A DNA stretch of 64,000 nucleotides, from contig SVTJ01000014.1 of the NCBI GenBank assembly GCA_015063845.1, positions 400 through 64,399 on the forward strand, read 5' to 3'. A program made the position numbers and the translations under genes. A model generated the notes under the pieces. It was given only the letters and a program-made list of their open reading frames with translations. It did not search any database and was not told where the DNA came from. The DNA comes from Oscillospiraceae bacterium (lineage in GTDB: Bacteria > Bacillota > Clostridia > Oscillospirales > CAG-272). This document shows, one piece after another, positions 27,933 to 36,091 of the stretch; the stretch's first letter is position 1; each line of letters opens with the position of its first letter.

Positions 27933-28610
27933 TTAATAATCTGCTACAAGGCGGCGGTAGGGCGCTTCGTCCTCATCCATCTCGCAGAAGCGTTCTCTTA
28001 CGACTGCAAACACGTTATCCTTATGGTCGTCGTTTATCTTAGATACCTCGCCGACTACAAGGTCGCCCTCTCCTGTCTTGGCGTAGAATCTATGGTACAT
28101 ATAGGGAGTGAGTGTAATGCTCTCGCCTGCGCGAAGCTCAACGACCTCACCTGCCTTGACCGTTCTCAAAATAGCATCGGTACGGACGGTAACGTCGCTC
28201 TCTGTATCAAGTCCGCCGTCCTCTGCCTTGTTATACAGCTCAACGCACAGCACTCCGTGACCTCTGTTTATGATATCCTCAGTCTTTGCAATATGATAAT
28301 GGAGAGGTATCTCCTGCTCGTTGCCGTCCTTGAGAAGAATATACTTCTCTGCGTAGGGAGTTCCAATGCTTGTGTCGTATACGTTTCCGTTACGAACGGT
28401 AAACAGAACGGCACCCACACGCTCAAAATCGTCACTGCCAAAGTCGGTAACGTCCCAACCGAGCATAGTCTCCTTTATCTGAGCGGTAGCGTCTCCCAGC
28501 TTTGCCCAATCGTCCTCGGTATAGTATCCGAAGGGAGGGAGTGTTATCTTCTGCTCTGCGAGCAGCTTTTCTGCCCACTTTATCGCGTTGTTTACTTCGC
28601 TTCTTTTCAT
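27933..28610 (-). CDS. D-lyxose/D-mannose-family sugar isomerase (cupin)
   Basis: Aligns by eye to YdaE-type lyxose isomerase: MKRSEVNNAI..., LPPFGYY, LGWDVTDFGS, TPYAEKYI, HYHIAKTEDIINRG. Confidence 0.8.
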   Translation of the reverse strand: MKRSEVNNAIKWAEKLLAEQKITLPPFGYYTEDDWAKLGDATAQIKETMLGWDVTDFGSDDFERVGAVLFTVRNGNVYDTSIGTPYAEKYILLKDGNEQEIPLHYHIAKTEDIINRGHGVLCVELYNKAEDGGLDTESDVTVRTDAILRTVKAGEVVELRAGESITLTPYMYHRFYAKTGEGDLVVGEVSKINDDHKDNVFAVVRERFCEMDEDEAPYRRLVADY

Positions 28611-28694
28611 TGTGTCAGCTCTCCTTTTTTAACTCAATATACATTAATTATACACTTAACAAACGCTTTTGTATTTTTAATTTTTTATTATATG

Positions 28695-28723
28695 TTTACA
28701 AAATATTATTATTATGGTATAAT
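28695..28723 (+). promoter_or_regulatory. Promoter TTTACA-17-TATAAT for the AraC-radical SAM-phosphatase operon
   Basis: TTTACA 28695-28700, TATAAT 28718-28723. Confidence 0.55.
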
Positions 28724-28768
28724 TATTTTACAACCGACAACAAATTCTCCAAAGAAAGGAGCGAAGCA

Positions 28769-29575
28769 ATGTTTACATCTCCAATTTGTGGAATAAAGAC
28801 CGAGCACGCAGGCGATTACACCTTCAAAAAGCCGTCGGGCACGTCCTATTGGCTGCTTATGAGGTTTTATACACCGTTTTATTACGAGGCGAACGGCGAG
28901 CGTTTTGAGGGCAAAGCAGGCGAGCTTTTGCTAAATCCCCCCGACACGCCGCTCGTTCACGGCAGTCTCGATGGCAACGGATTTTGCAACGATTGGATAT
29001 ATATAGGCGGAGATGGGCTCCCAGAGCTTATAAGCGAGCTGGGTATTCCGACCGACCGAGCCTTTTGCATAACCGAAACACTGCCGCTTGAAAAGATACT
29101 CGGCGAGATATACGCCGAGATGAAGAGCTGCGCGGCGGGGTATACTCACAAAATATCCGCGCATATCGCTTCGTTGCTTGTCGATATCGGCAGAGCCTGC
29201 AAGAGCGACGGGTTGCAAAGCGGCACAAAAATAACGCCATACGCAAGGTCGATAAGTAGCGTACACACCGCTCTTGCGGAGAATTGCGGATATCATTGGA
29301 CGCTCACGGAAATGTCGGAGCTTTCGGGATATTCGGTCAGCAGATTTTGCTCGCTGTACAAGGCGAAATACGGCATCACTCCTATCGAGCATCTTATCTC
29401 GAGCAGGATAAGCAAGGCAAAGCAGCTGCTTCGTTTGAGAAGACACAACGTCACCGAGGTGTCGGAGCTGTGCGGATTTTCCTCTCTCCACTATTTCTCA
29501 ATGACCTTCAAAAAGCACACGGGGCTATCTCCGTCCGAATATATGGACAGTCACGCCAAAAAGGAGGTGCTTTGA
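28769..29575 (+). CDS. AraC-family transcriptional regulator (cupin sensor plus HTH)
   Basis: Start at ATG 28769 (AAAGGAG RBS). C-terminal AraC HTH (WTLTEMSELSGYSVSRFCSLYKAKYGITP...HYFSMTFKKHTGLSPSEY). Confidence 0.85.
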   Translation: MFTSPICGIKTEHAGDYTFKKPSGTSYWLLMRFYTPFYYEANGERFEGKAGELLLNPPDTPLVHGSLDGNGFCNDWIYIGGDGLPELISELGIPTDRAFCITETLPLEKILGEIYAEMKSCAAGYTHKISAHIASLLVDIGRACKSDGLQSGTKITPYARSISSVHTALAENCGYHWTLTEMSELSGYSVSRFCSLYKAKYGITPIEHLISSRISKAKQLLRLRRHNVTEVSELCGFSSLHYFSMTFKKHTGLSPSEYMDSHAKKEVL

Positions 29576-29576
29576 T

Positions 29577-30461
29577 ATGAGCGCTCTATGCTATATGTGC
29601 CCGCGCGAATGCGGAGCAAGAAGGGGAGAGGGAGAAAAGGGCTTTTGCGGACAGACCGATAAAATGCTGGTCTCGAGAATCGCCCTGCATCCATATGAAG
29701 AGCCCCCGATAAGCGGAGAGCGTGGCTCGGGGACGGTGTTCTTCTGCGGCTGCTCGCTCGGCTGTGTTTTTTGTCAGAACAAGGACATCAGCAGAGGCAG
29801 TCCGAGGGGAACTGAGTATTCACCCGAGGAGCTTGCCGAAAAGCTGCTTGAGCTTGAAGCAAACGGCGCGCATAACGTGAATTTAGTCACGTCGGCACAC
29901 TTTGCGACATCTGTTGCGCAAACGCTTGAAATTGCGCGCAAGAGCCTCAAGATACCCGTGGTCTATAACTCCTCGGGATATGAAAAGATAGAAACGCTGA
30001 GGCTTCTTGACGGACTTGTTGACGTTTATCTGCCCGACTTTAAGTATTATTCGTCAGAGCTTTCGGAAAAATATTCGTCCGCGCCCGACTACGCTGAGGT
30101 CGCCACAAAGGCTCTTGGTGAGATGTATCGCCAGGTGGGAGAGTGTGTGTACGACAAAGAGGGCTTGCTGAAGCGCGGAATGATAGTGCGCCACCTCGTT
30201 CTGCCCACGCACAGAGACGACAGCAAAAGGGTACTCGAGCACCTCGCCTCGATACTTCCCACCGATAAGATATTGCTCAGCCTTATGAGCCAGTATACCC
30301 CCGATTTTGCCCTTGATCAGCCATACCGTGAGCTTCACCGAAGACTTACGAGCTTTGAGTATAGGTCAGTCGCCGACACGGCGCTTGAGCTCGGTTTTGA
30401 CGGCTTTTTCCAAGAGCGTTCGTCGGCAAAAAAAGATTACACACCGAATTTTAAGCAGTAA
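29577..30461 (+). CDS. Radical SAM protein, PflX-like (COG1313-type activase homolog)
   Basis: The start is 1 nt after the AraC stop (TGATATG). CxxxCxxC cluster motif CGCSLGCVFCQN, preceded by HPYEEPPISGERGSGTVFF. Confidence 0.8.
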   Translation: MSALCYMCPRECGARRGEGEKGFCGQTDKMLVSRIALHPYEEPPISGERGSGTVFFCGCSLGCVFCQNKDISRGSPRGTEYSPEELAEKLLELEANGAHNVNLVTSAHFATSVAQTLEIARKSLKIPVVYNSSGYEKIETLRLLDGLVDVYLPDFKYYSSELSEKYSSAPDYAEVATKALGEMYRQVGECVYDKEGLLKRGMIVRHLVLPTHRDDSKRVLEHLASILPTDKILLSLMSQYTPDFALDQPYRELHRRLTSFEYRSVADTALELGFDGFFQERSSAKKDYTPNFKQ

Positions 30462-30473
30462 AGGAGATAAGAT

Positions 30474-31193
30474 ATGCTATTCTTTTATATAAGACACGGA
30501 GACCCCATATACGACCCCGACAGCCTCACGCCGCTCGGACACCGTCAGGCAGAGGCGCTCGCAAAAAGGCTTGCCGTTTACGGACTTGACGAGATATACT
30601 CATCGACCTCTGAGCGCGCAAAGCTGACCGCTCAGCCGACCTGCGAGCTGTTGAAGCTCGAGCCGATATTGCTTGACTGGTGTAAGGAGTCGCACGCGTT
30701 CAAGCAACTGACGGTAACAGATGAGCAGGGAAAACGCAAATGGTGCTTTGACCACACCCCCACAAGACGGCTGCTTCTTTCTCCCGAGGTGTGCGCGCTA
30801 AGAGATAAGTGGTATGACCATCCTGCCTTTGCGAGCACTCAATTCAAAGAGGGAATAAAAAGGGTAGATAACGGCACGGATGAGCTTTTTACCTCGCTCG
30901 GATATGAGCACGACAGAGAGAGAGGCGGATACATTGCGGTTGCGCCCAACGAGAAGCGAGTTGCGCTCTTTGCGCATCAAGGCTTCGGCATGGCGTTTCT
31001 CAGCTCGTTGCTTGATATACCGTATAACATTTTCAGCATGAAATACAATCTATCACATTCAAGTATGACCGTGATAAGATTCAAAGCGGAAAGCGACGGA
31101 TTTTGCGTGCCGCAGGTGCTTCAGCTCGCAAATGATTCCCACATATACCGTGAAGGCTTGCCGACTAAGTATAATAACCGAATTCAAATATAA
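30474..31193 (+). CDS. Histidine phosphatase (phosphoglycerate-mutase-like) family protein
   Basis: N-terminal catalytic motif FYIRHGD. GGAG RBS. 12 nt after the radical SAM gene. Confidence 0.8.
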   Translation: MLFFYIRHGDPIYDPDSLTPLGHRQAEALAKRLAVYGLDEIYSSTSERAKLTAQPTCELLKLEPILLDWCKESHAFKQLTVTDEQGKRKWCFDHTPTRRLLLSPEVCALRDKWYDHPAFASTQFKEGIKRVDNGTDELFTSLGYEHDRERGGYIAVAPNEKRVALFAHQGFGMAFLSSLLDIPYNIFSMKYNLSHSSMTVIRFKAESDGFCVPQVLQLANDSHIYREGLPTKYNNRIQI

Positions 31194-31202
31194 AGGACGC
31201 GT

Positions 31203-31234
31203 CTCGGGGAACTTCTTGAAGGAAGTTCCCCGAG
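31203..31234. repeat. Family hairpin preceded by GACGCG (inverted orientation)
   Basis: CTCGGGGAACTTCTT-GA-AGGAAGTTCCCCGAG then AAAGTCTTTTT. 10 nt after the histidine phosphatase stop. Confidence 0.75.
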
Positions 31235-31248
31235 AAAGTCTTTTTAAT

Positions 31249-31456
31249 AAATTAGTATTTATCGATGTGTTCGCACAGCACCCATAAGCCTCCCTCCGAG
31301 AGGGAGGGGGACCACGAAGTGGTGGAAGGAGCCGGCGTGCATACGGAGGTAAGATATAACGCTATTGTACACGCGCTCTCCCTCAGTCTCGCATTCGCTC
31401 GACAGCTCCCTCCGCAGGGAGCCTTTGTTGCAATGCGATGCCATTTGTGCACTTTC
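31249..31456. repeat. Element E1: left TIR AAATTAGTATTTATCG plus GC-rich hairpin core, no right TIR of its own
   Basis: Hairpins CCTCCCT-CCGAG-AGGGAGG (31289-31307) and GCTCCCT-CCGC-AGGGAGC (31405-31422). Runs directly into E2. Confidence 0.65.
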
Positions 31457-31682
31457 AAATTAGGATTTATAGGTGTGTTTGTTTGTGTTGTAAAACGGGT
31501 CGTCGAGGACGTCGACCCCTACAATGTCTGGGGGGATGCATACGTGTTAGATATTGTATGTTCTTAACCTATTGTTAGGCGGCAAGAAATTTTTATATAT
31601 TTATATTTTGGTATTTGTAGGGGTCGACGTCCTCGACGACCCGTTCGTTGGCATACTCTAACACACCGATAAATCCTAATTT
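31457..31682. repeat. MITE-like element E2 (226 bp) with a long internal inverted repeat
   Basis: TIRs AAATTAGGATTTATAGG (31457-31473) and CCGATAAATCCTAATTT (31666-31682). Internal arms GGGTCGTCGAGGACGTCGACCCCTACA (31497-31523) and TGTAGGGGTCGACGTCCTCGACGACCC (31616-31642). Confidence 0.75.
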
Positions 31683-31706
31683 ATTCAACAAATACACAAA
31701 AACAAA

Positions 31707-31735
31707 TTGACATTTTTTATAATATGAAATATAAT
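31707..31735 (+). promoter_or_regulatory. Consensus promoter TTGACA-17-TATAAT for the SGNH/GH78-like operon
   Basis: TTGACA 31707-31712, TATAAT 31730-31735. 29 nt upstream of ATG 31764. Confidence 0.65.
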
Positions 31736-31763
31736 AGGATTAATAAAGTATGAGAGGTGCATT

Positions 31764-32855
31764 ATGACAAACGATATTACCAAAATGGACAAAAATCTTG
31801 TAGTAAATGAGAGTGTGGACGAGGCGGGAATGGCGTTTTACGACATAAGACGCGAGCCGTTTTCGGTCTACGGACTTTACGATTATCGCAATCAGCCCGA
31901 GTTCAGACGTATGCCCAATGACGTCGCCGAGACTGTAAGCGAAAACGTAAAAAAAATATCGAGAAATACGGCTGGCGGAAGAGTCCGCTTTGCTACCGAT
32001 TCCGACGTTATCGCCATAAAGGCGGTCATGACCAGTATCTGCCGACTGTCACAGTCTTCTCTTGTCGGCTTTGGCGGATTTGACCTCTACGTCGATGACC
32101 CCGAAAGCGGTGTCAGCCGTTTCCATAGAGCTTTTATACCGCCCTTCAAGGCGAAGGACGAGTATGAATCGGAAGTGAAATTCAACGAGAGAAAGCTTCG
32201 CTACATCACCATAAATTTCCCGCCTTACAGCTCGGTAAAGGATCTTTTCGTAGGTATCAAGGACGATGCCTTTTTGGGTGAGGGCGCAAAATATAAGGAC
32301 GTGCCTCCCATCGTTTACTACGGAAGCTCGATAACGCAGGGCGGATTTGTGTCACGTCCCGGTAACGCATATCAGAATATGATATGCCGCAGAAACAATA
32401 TCGACTATATAAATCTCGGTTTTTCGGGCTCGGGCAAGGCAGAGGATACTATGATAGAATATCTTGCCTCGCTTGATATGAGCGCGTTCGTTTGTGATTA
32501 CGACCACAACGCGCCCGATCCCGAGCATCTGAAAAATACCCACTACAAGCTCTATGAGGGAATACGCAAGTCGCATCCCACTATCCCCTATATAATCATC
32601 ACAAAGCCCGATTTTGACAGCAATTACGTAACGAGCATACCCAGAAGAAACGTAATATTCGATACGTATCGCCGCGCAAGAGACGAGGGAGATCTCAACG
32701 TCTATTATATTGACGGAGCGAGTATCTTCCGCGGTCGGTTTGAGGACTGCTGCACGGTGGACGGCACTCACCCCAACGACCTTGGATTCGCTTATATGGC
32801 AGATGCCATTGACGCGGAGCTCAGAAGAGCCTGGACACAAAATAACATTACGTAA
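31764..32855 (+). CDS. SGNH/GDSL-type hydrolase (putative carbohydrate esterase)
   Basis: Block I YYGSSITQGG, block V DGTHPND. The N-terminal roughly 170-aa extra domain is unassigned. Confidence 0.75.
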   Translation: MTNDITKMDKNLVVNESVDEAGMAFYDIRREPFSVYGLYDYRNQPEFRRMPNDVAETVSENVKKISRNTAGGRVRFATDSDVIAIKAVMTSICRLSQSSLVGFGGFDLYVDDPESGVSRFHRAFIPPFKAKDEYESEVKFNERKLRYITINFPPYSSVKDLFVGIKDDAFLGEGAKYKDVPPIVYYGSSITQGGFVSRPGNAYQNMICRRNNIDYINLGFSGSGKAEDTMIEYLASLDMSAFVCDYDHNAPDPEHLKNTHYKLYEGIRKSHPTIPYIIITKPDFDSNYVTSIPRRNVIFDTYRRARDEGDLNVYYIDGASIFRGRFEDCCTVDGTHPNDLGFAYMADAIDAELRRAWTQNNIT

Positions 32856-32866
32856 AGGAGAACGGT

Positions 32867-34945
32867 ATGTTTTTCAAGGCGAGACCCATATTTGCCAAGG
32901 GACGTTCTGAGGAGCTTCATGTGCTTGCGGATTTTGTTTGCGAGCTTGACAGTCTTGATGACTGCAAGCTTCATATATGTGCCGCGGATTATTACCGAGT
33001 ATTTGTAGACGGTAAGTTTGTGGCATTTGGCCCTGCGCGTACGGCAAAGGGATATGCGAGAGAGGATATTATAGACCTCGGCGGATATTCGAGGCAGGGA
33101 AAGAGCAGAGTGGTCATATCCGTAATGGCGCACAACTGTCGTTGCTATGCGACCGTTCATCAGCGTTCATATCTGCTCGCGGAGATAACGAAAGGAGACT
33201 GCCCCGTGGCTTACACGGGCAGAGATTTCGAGTGCTTTCTTCCAGCCTCTCATACGCAAAAGACAGAACGCTATTCGCTCCAGCGTCATTTCACAGAGGT
33301 GTGGGATCTGAGAAAGAGCGAAAGCGCCAAGACCGAGATAGAGGTGTTCGAGGAATGCCCGACCGTTTTGCCAAGACGCGCTCCGTACCCTTATTACGAG
33401 GACGTAAAGGCGAGTGGCTGTGTCAGCCGCGGAGATCTCAGCTTTGATGAGACTGTCACACCCAAAAGGGACAACTATTCAAATCCCAAGAGCATTTGGG
33501 GCAGCTTTCCCCGAGAGGAGATAGAGCATCATCCATATGAGTGGATACAGTGTCAGGCTGAGAATATGACGGGAAGCGTGCAAGAGCTGCCGCTCGAGCT
33601 TGCCTGCGGCCAGTACGCTATATTTGACCTTAGCCGTATAGAGACGGGCTTTATTATGCTTTCGGCGCATACTTATGAGGATGCGGATATAGTTATAGCC
33701 TTCTCCGAGGACGCAAGCCCCGAGAGATTTCAATTTACCGAGATGCACACTCACAACGTGCTGGAGCTGTTCACTGCCAAGGGTAATAGCGATAGCTTTA
33801 TAAGCTTTGAGCCGTACGTTATGCGCTATGCGATAGTTGCTCTTAAGAGCGGAAGCGCGCGTATTGACGGCTTTGGAGTAAAGACCTACGTGGGCGACGT
33901 CTCGTCGGTGGTCATTCCCGATATAGAGGACGATGCTCTGCGCAGCATCTACCGCGCGGCGGTGCGTACGTATTCGCACAATGCGGTGGATATTTATATG
34001 GACTGCCCCTCGCGTGAGCGCGCAGGCTGGCTGTGCGATACTTATTTTACCGCCAAGACCGAATACGCTCTGTTTGGCAGGACCTATGTTGAGGACGCAT
34101 TCCTTGAAAACTACCGTCTCTTTGGCGGAAATGAGTTTTTGCCAAAGGGAGTGCTGCCTATGGCGTACCCCGCGGAGGTGTTCAAAAACGGAAAGTTTAT
34201 ACCTCAGTGGACTATGTGGTATATCATCGAGGCGGACGACTACGTGCATAACCGCGGACATAAGGACGACGCGCATCTGTTTGGGGACAGCATAAACGGT
34301 CTTTTGGAGTTCTACTCTCAGTATGAGAATTCCGACGGGCTTCTCGAGGATCTGCCGTCGTGGAATTTTGTCGAGTGGAGCAAGGCGAACGAATGGACGC
34401 AGAACGTAAGCTATCCGACAAACTTCCTCTATGCTCAGACGCTTGAATGCGTGAGCCGACTTTTGGGCGAGCCTAAGTATCTCGAAAAGGCGAATGCCAT
34501 AAGAAAGGTTGCCGTTGAGCAGTCGTTTGACGGAAAGCTGTTCCTCGACCACGCTGTGAGAGACGAAAACGGTGTGCTCGAAAGACAGGAGCATTGCTCG
34601 GAGGCTTGCCAGTATTACGCGATACTGTTTGCGGGCATAGATATAAACGAGGAAAAATACGCAGAGCTTCGCCGATTTGTGTTTGAGGTGTTCGGAGCGG
34701 AGCGCAGTGAGCCGCACCCTGAGATAGCGGATATAAACGCGTTTATCGGAGCGTATCTGCGCCTTGAGGTACTGATGAACCATAAGAGATACGACCTTGT
34801 GCTGCGCGACGTCAAGGGACTGTTTGGCGAGATGGAGAGCGTAACGGGTACTCTTTGGGAGTACAGACAGCGAAAGGGCAGCCGCGACCACGGCTTTGCG
34901 TCGTACGCGCTCGTCGCCATAAAGACAGCGCTTGAAGGCATTTGA
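32867..34945 (+). CDS. GH78-like alpha-L-rhamnosidase-family protein
   Basis: MDCPSRERAGWLCD matches the six-hairpin rhamnosidase motif DCPxRERxGWxGD. N-terminal YYRVFVDGKFVAFGP resembles the GH78 N-domain. No signal peptide. Confidence 0.7.
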   Translation: MFFKARPIFAKGRSEELHVLADFVCELDSLDDCKLHICAADYYRVFVDGKFVAFGPARTAKGYAREDIIDLGGYSRQGKSRVVISVMAHNCRCYATVHQRSYLLAEITKGDCPVAYTGRDFECFLPASHTQKTERYSLQRHFTEVWDLRKSESAKTEIEVFEECPTVLPRRAPYPYYEDVKASGCVSRGDLSFDETVTPKRDNYSNPKSIWGSFPREEIEHHPYEWIQCQAENMTGSVQELPLELACGQYAIFDLSRIETGFIMLSAHTYEDADIVIAFSEDASPERFQFTEMHTHNVLELFTAKGNSDSFISFEPYVMRYAIVALKSGSARIDGFGVKTYVGDVSSVVIPDIEDDALRSIYRAAVRTYSHNAVDIYMDCPSRERAGWLCDTYFTAKTEYALFGRTYVEDAFLENYRLFGGNEFLPKGVLPMAYPAEVFKNGKFIPQWTMWYIIEADDYVHNRGHKDDAHLFGDSINGLLEFYSQYENSDGLLEDLPSWNFVEWSKANEWTQNVSYPTNFLYAQTLECVSRLLGEPKYLEKANAIRKVAVEQSFDGKLFLDHAVRDENGVLERQEHCSEACQYYAILFAGIDINEEKYAELRRFVFEVFGAERSEPHPEIADINAFIGAYLRLEVLMNHKRYDLVLRDVKGLFGEMESVTGTLWEYRQRKGSRDHGFASYALVAIKTALEGI

Positions 34946-34988
34946 GTGCCTTTATACAAAATGCGTTGCGAAAAATTTCGCAAAACTA

Positions 34989-35017
34989 TTTACAAACAGG
35001 GAAAAGTTGTGTATAAT
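34989..35017 (+). promoter_or_regulatory. Promoter TTTACA-17-TATAAT of the cysE-cysS T-box leader
   Basis: TTTACA 34989-34994, TATAAT 35012-35017. Confidence 0.6.
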
Positions 35018-35023
35018 ATATAG

Positions 35024-35278
35024 TACATATGAAAATCAGTGATTGGGAAGAAACCGATAGCGATACCAGAGATTTGCCGTCAGATGGCTGAGAGCGGCAA
35101 TTTGAGCGACGCGGCTTGTGCACCCATGAGATCCGTTCCCCAAGGCCGATATTCGGTTGTGTATGGCACGGCGTCCCCCGCGTTAAGGGCATAAAGACAG
35201 AGCCGAAAGGCTTTAAGCAGAGTGGAACCGCGAATTGAAACGCCTCTGCACCCGATATAGGGTGCAGAGGCAATTTTT
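35024..35278 (+). promoter_or_regulatory. T-box riboswitch leader, cysteine-specific
   Basis: Stem I carries AGAGA and GGCTGAGAG elements. Specifier UGC (35119-35121) is followed by a purine and a CCC helix. T-box AGUGGAACCGCG at 35221-35232. The terminator GCCTCTGCACCC-GATATA-GGGTGCAGAGGC plus TTTTT lies at 35242-35278. Confidence 0.85.
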
Positions 35279-35293
35279 GTTCTGGAGGAATTT

Positions 35294-36061
35294 ATGGATA
35301 AGACCAAAAAAGTGACAGCTTCAAACGATAGCGAATACGTAAAGGCAGCTTGCAAGAAGCATTATGATGCCGCTTGCAAGGCACTTGACGAGCAGCTCAC
35401 GCTTATCGCGAGAGCGATGAGAAAGACGGTCAAAGCAGTTAAAGAGGACGTAAGAGCGACAAGGGAGAGAGACCCCGCTGCGAAAAGCGACCTTGAGGTG
35501 CTTTTGCTATATCCCGGTGTGCACGCATTGCTCGCGTACCGTCTGTCGCATTCTCTTTATGAAAAGGAGAGATACTTTGCGGCGAGAGCTGTCAGTCAGG
35601 CGGCAAGATTTGTTACGGGTATTGAGATACACCCCGGTGCTAAGATAGGCAAGGGACTTATGATAGACCACGGAATGGGAGTGGTCATAGGAGAGACCGC
35701 CGTTATTGGCGATAACTGCACGCTCTATCAGGGAGTGACACTCGGAGGAACGGGTAAGGACGTTGGAAAGCGTCACCCAACTCTCGGTGACAACGTTATG
35801 GTAGGCGCGGGAGCAAAGGTTCTCGGACCGTTTACGATAGGTGACAACACCAAGATAGCGGCTAATGCCGTGGTCCTTGCCGAGATGCCGAACAACTGTA
35901 CGGCTGTGGGCATACCCGCGAAGGTGGTAAAGAGAGAGGGACAGAGAGTGGACGACCTTGACCAGGTGCACATTCCCGACCCCGTGGCACAGCAGATGTC
36001 AAAGCTTGAGGCAAGACTTGCCGAGCTTGAAGCCGAGCTTGCGGCGCTCAAGAACAAGTAA
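35294..36061 (+). CDS. cysE: Serine O-acetyltransferase
   Basis: Hexapeptide-repeat core [45 protein letters not shown]-terminal coiled-coil tail [18 protein letters not shown]. Confidence 0.9.
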   Translation: MDKTKKVTASNDSEYVKAACKKHYDAACKALDEQLTLIARAMRKTVKAVKEDVRATRERDPAAKSDLEVLLLYPGVHALLAYRLSHSLYEKERYFAARAVSQAARFVTGIEIHPGAKIGKGLMIDHGMGVVIGETAVIGDNCTLYQGVTLGGTGKDVGKRHPTLGDNVMVGAGAKVLGPFTIGDNTKIAANAVVLAEMPNNCTAVGIPAKVVKREGQRVDDLDQVHIPDPVAQQMSKLEARLAELEAELAALKNK

Positions 36062-36091
36062 AACAAATCAGTCAACGAAAGGAATCATAAA

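Noticed and set aside
33479-34891. A 470-aa ORF antisense to the GH78-like gene.
   Set aside because: Same reasoning. The sense strand has the DCPxRERxGW rhamnosidase motif and an RBS-coupled start. The antisense translation is Arg/Leu/His-rich with no features.
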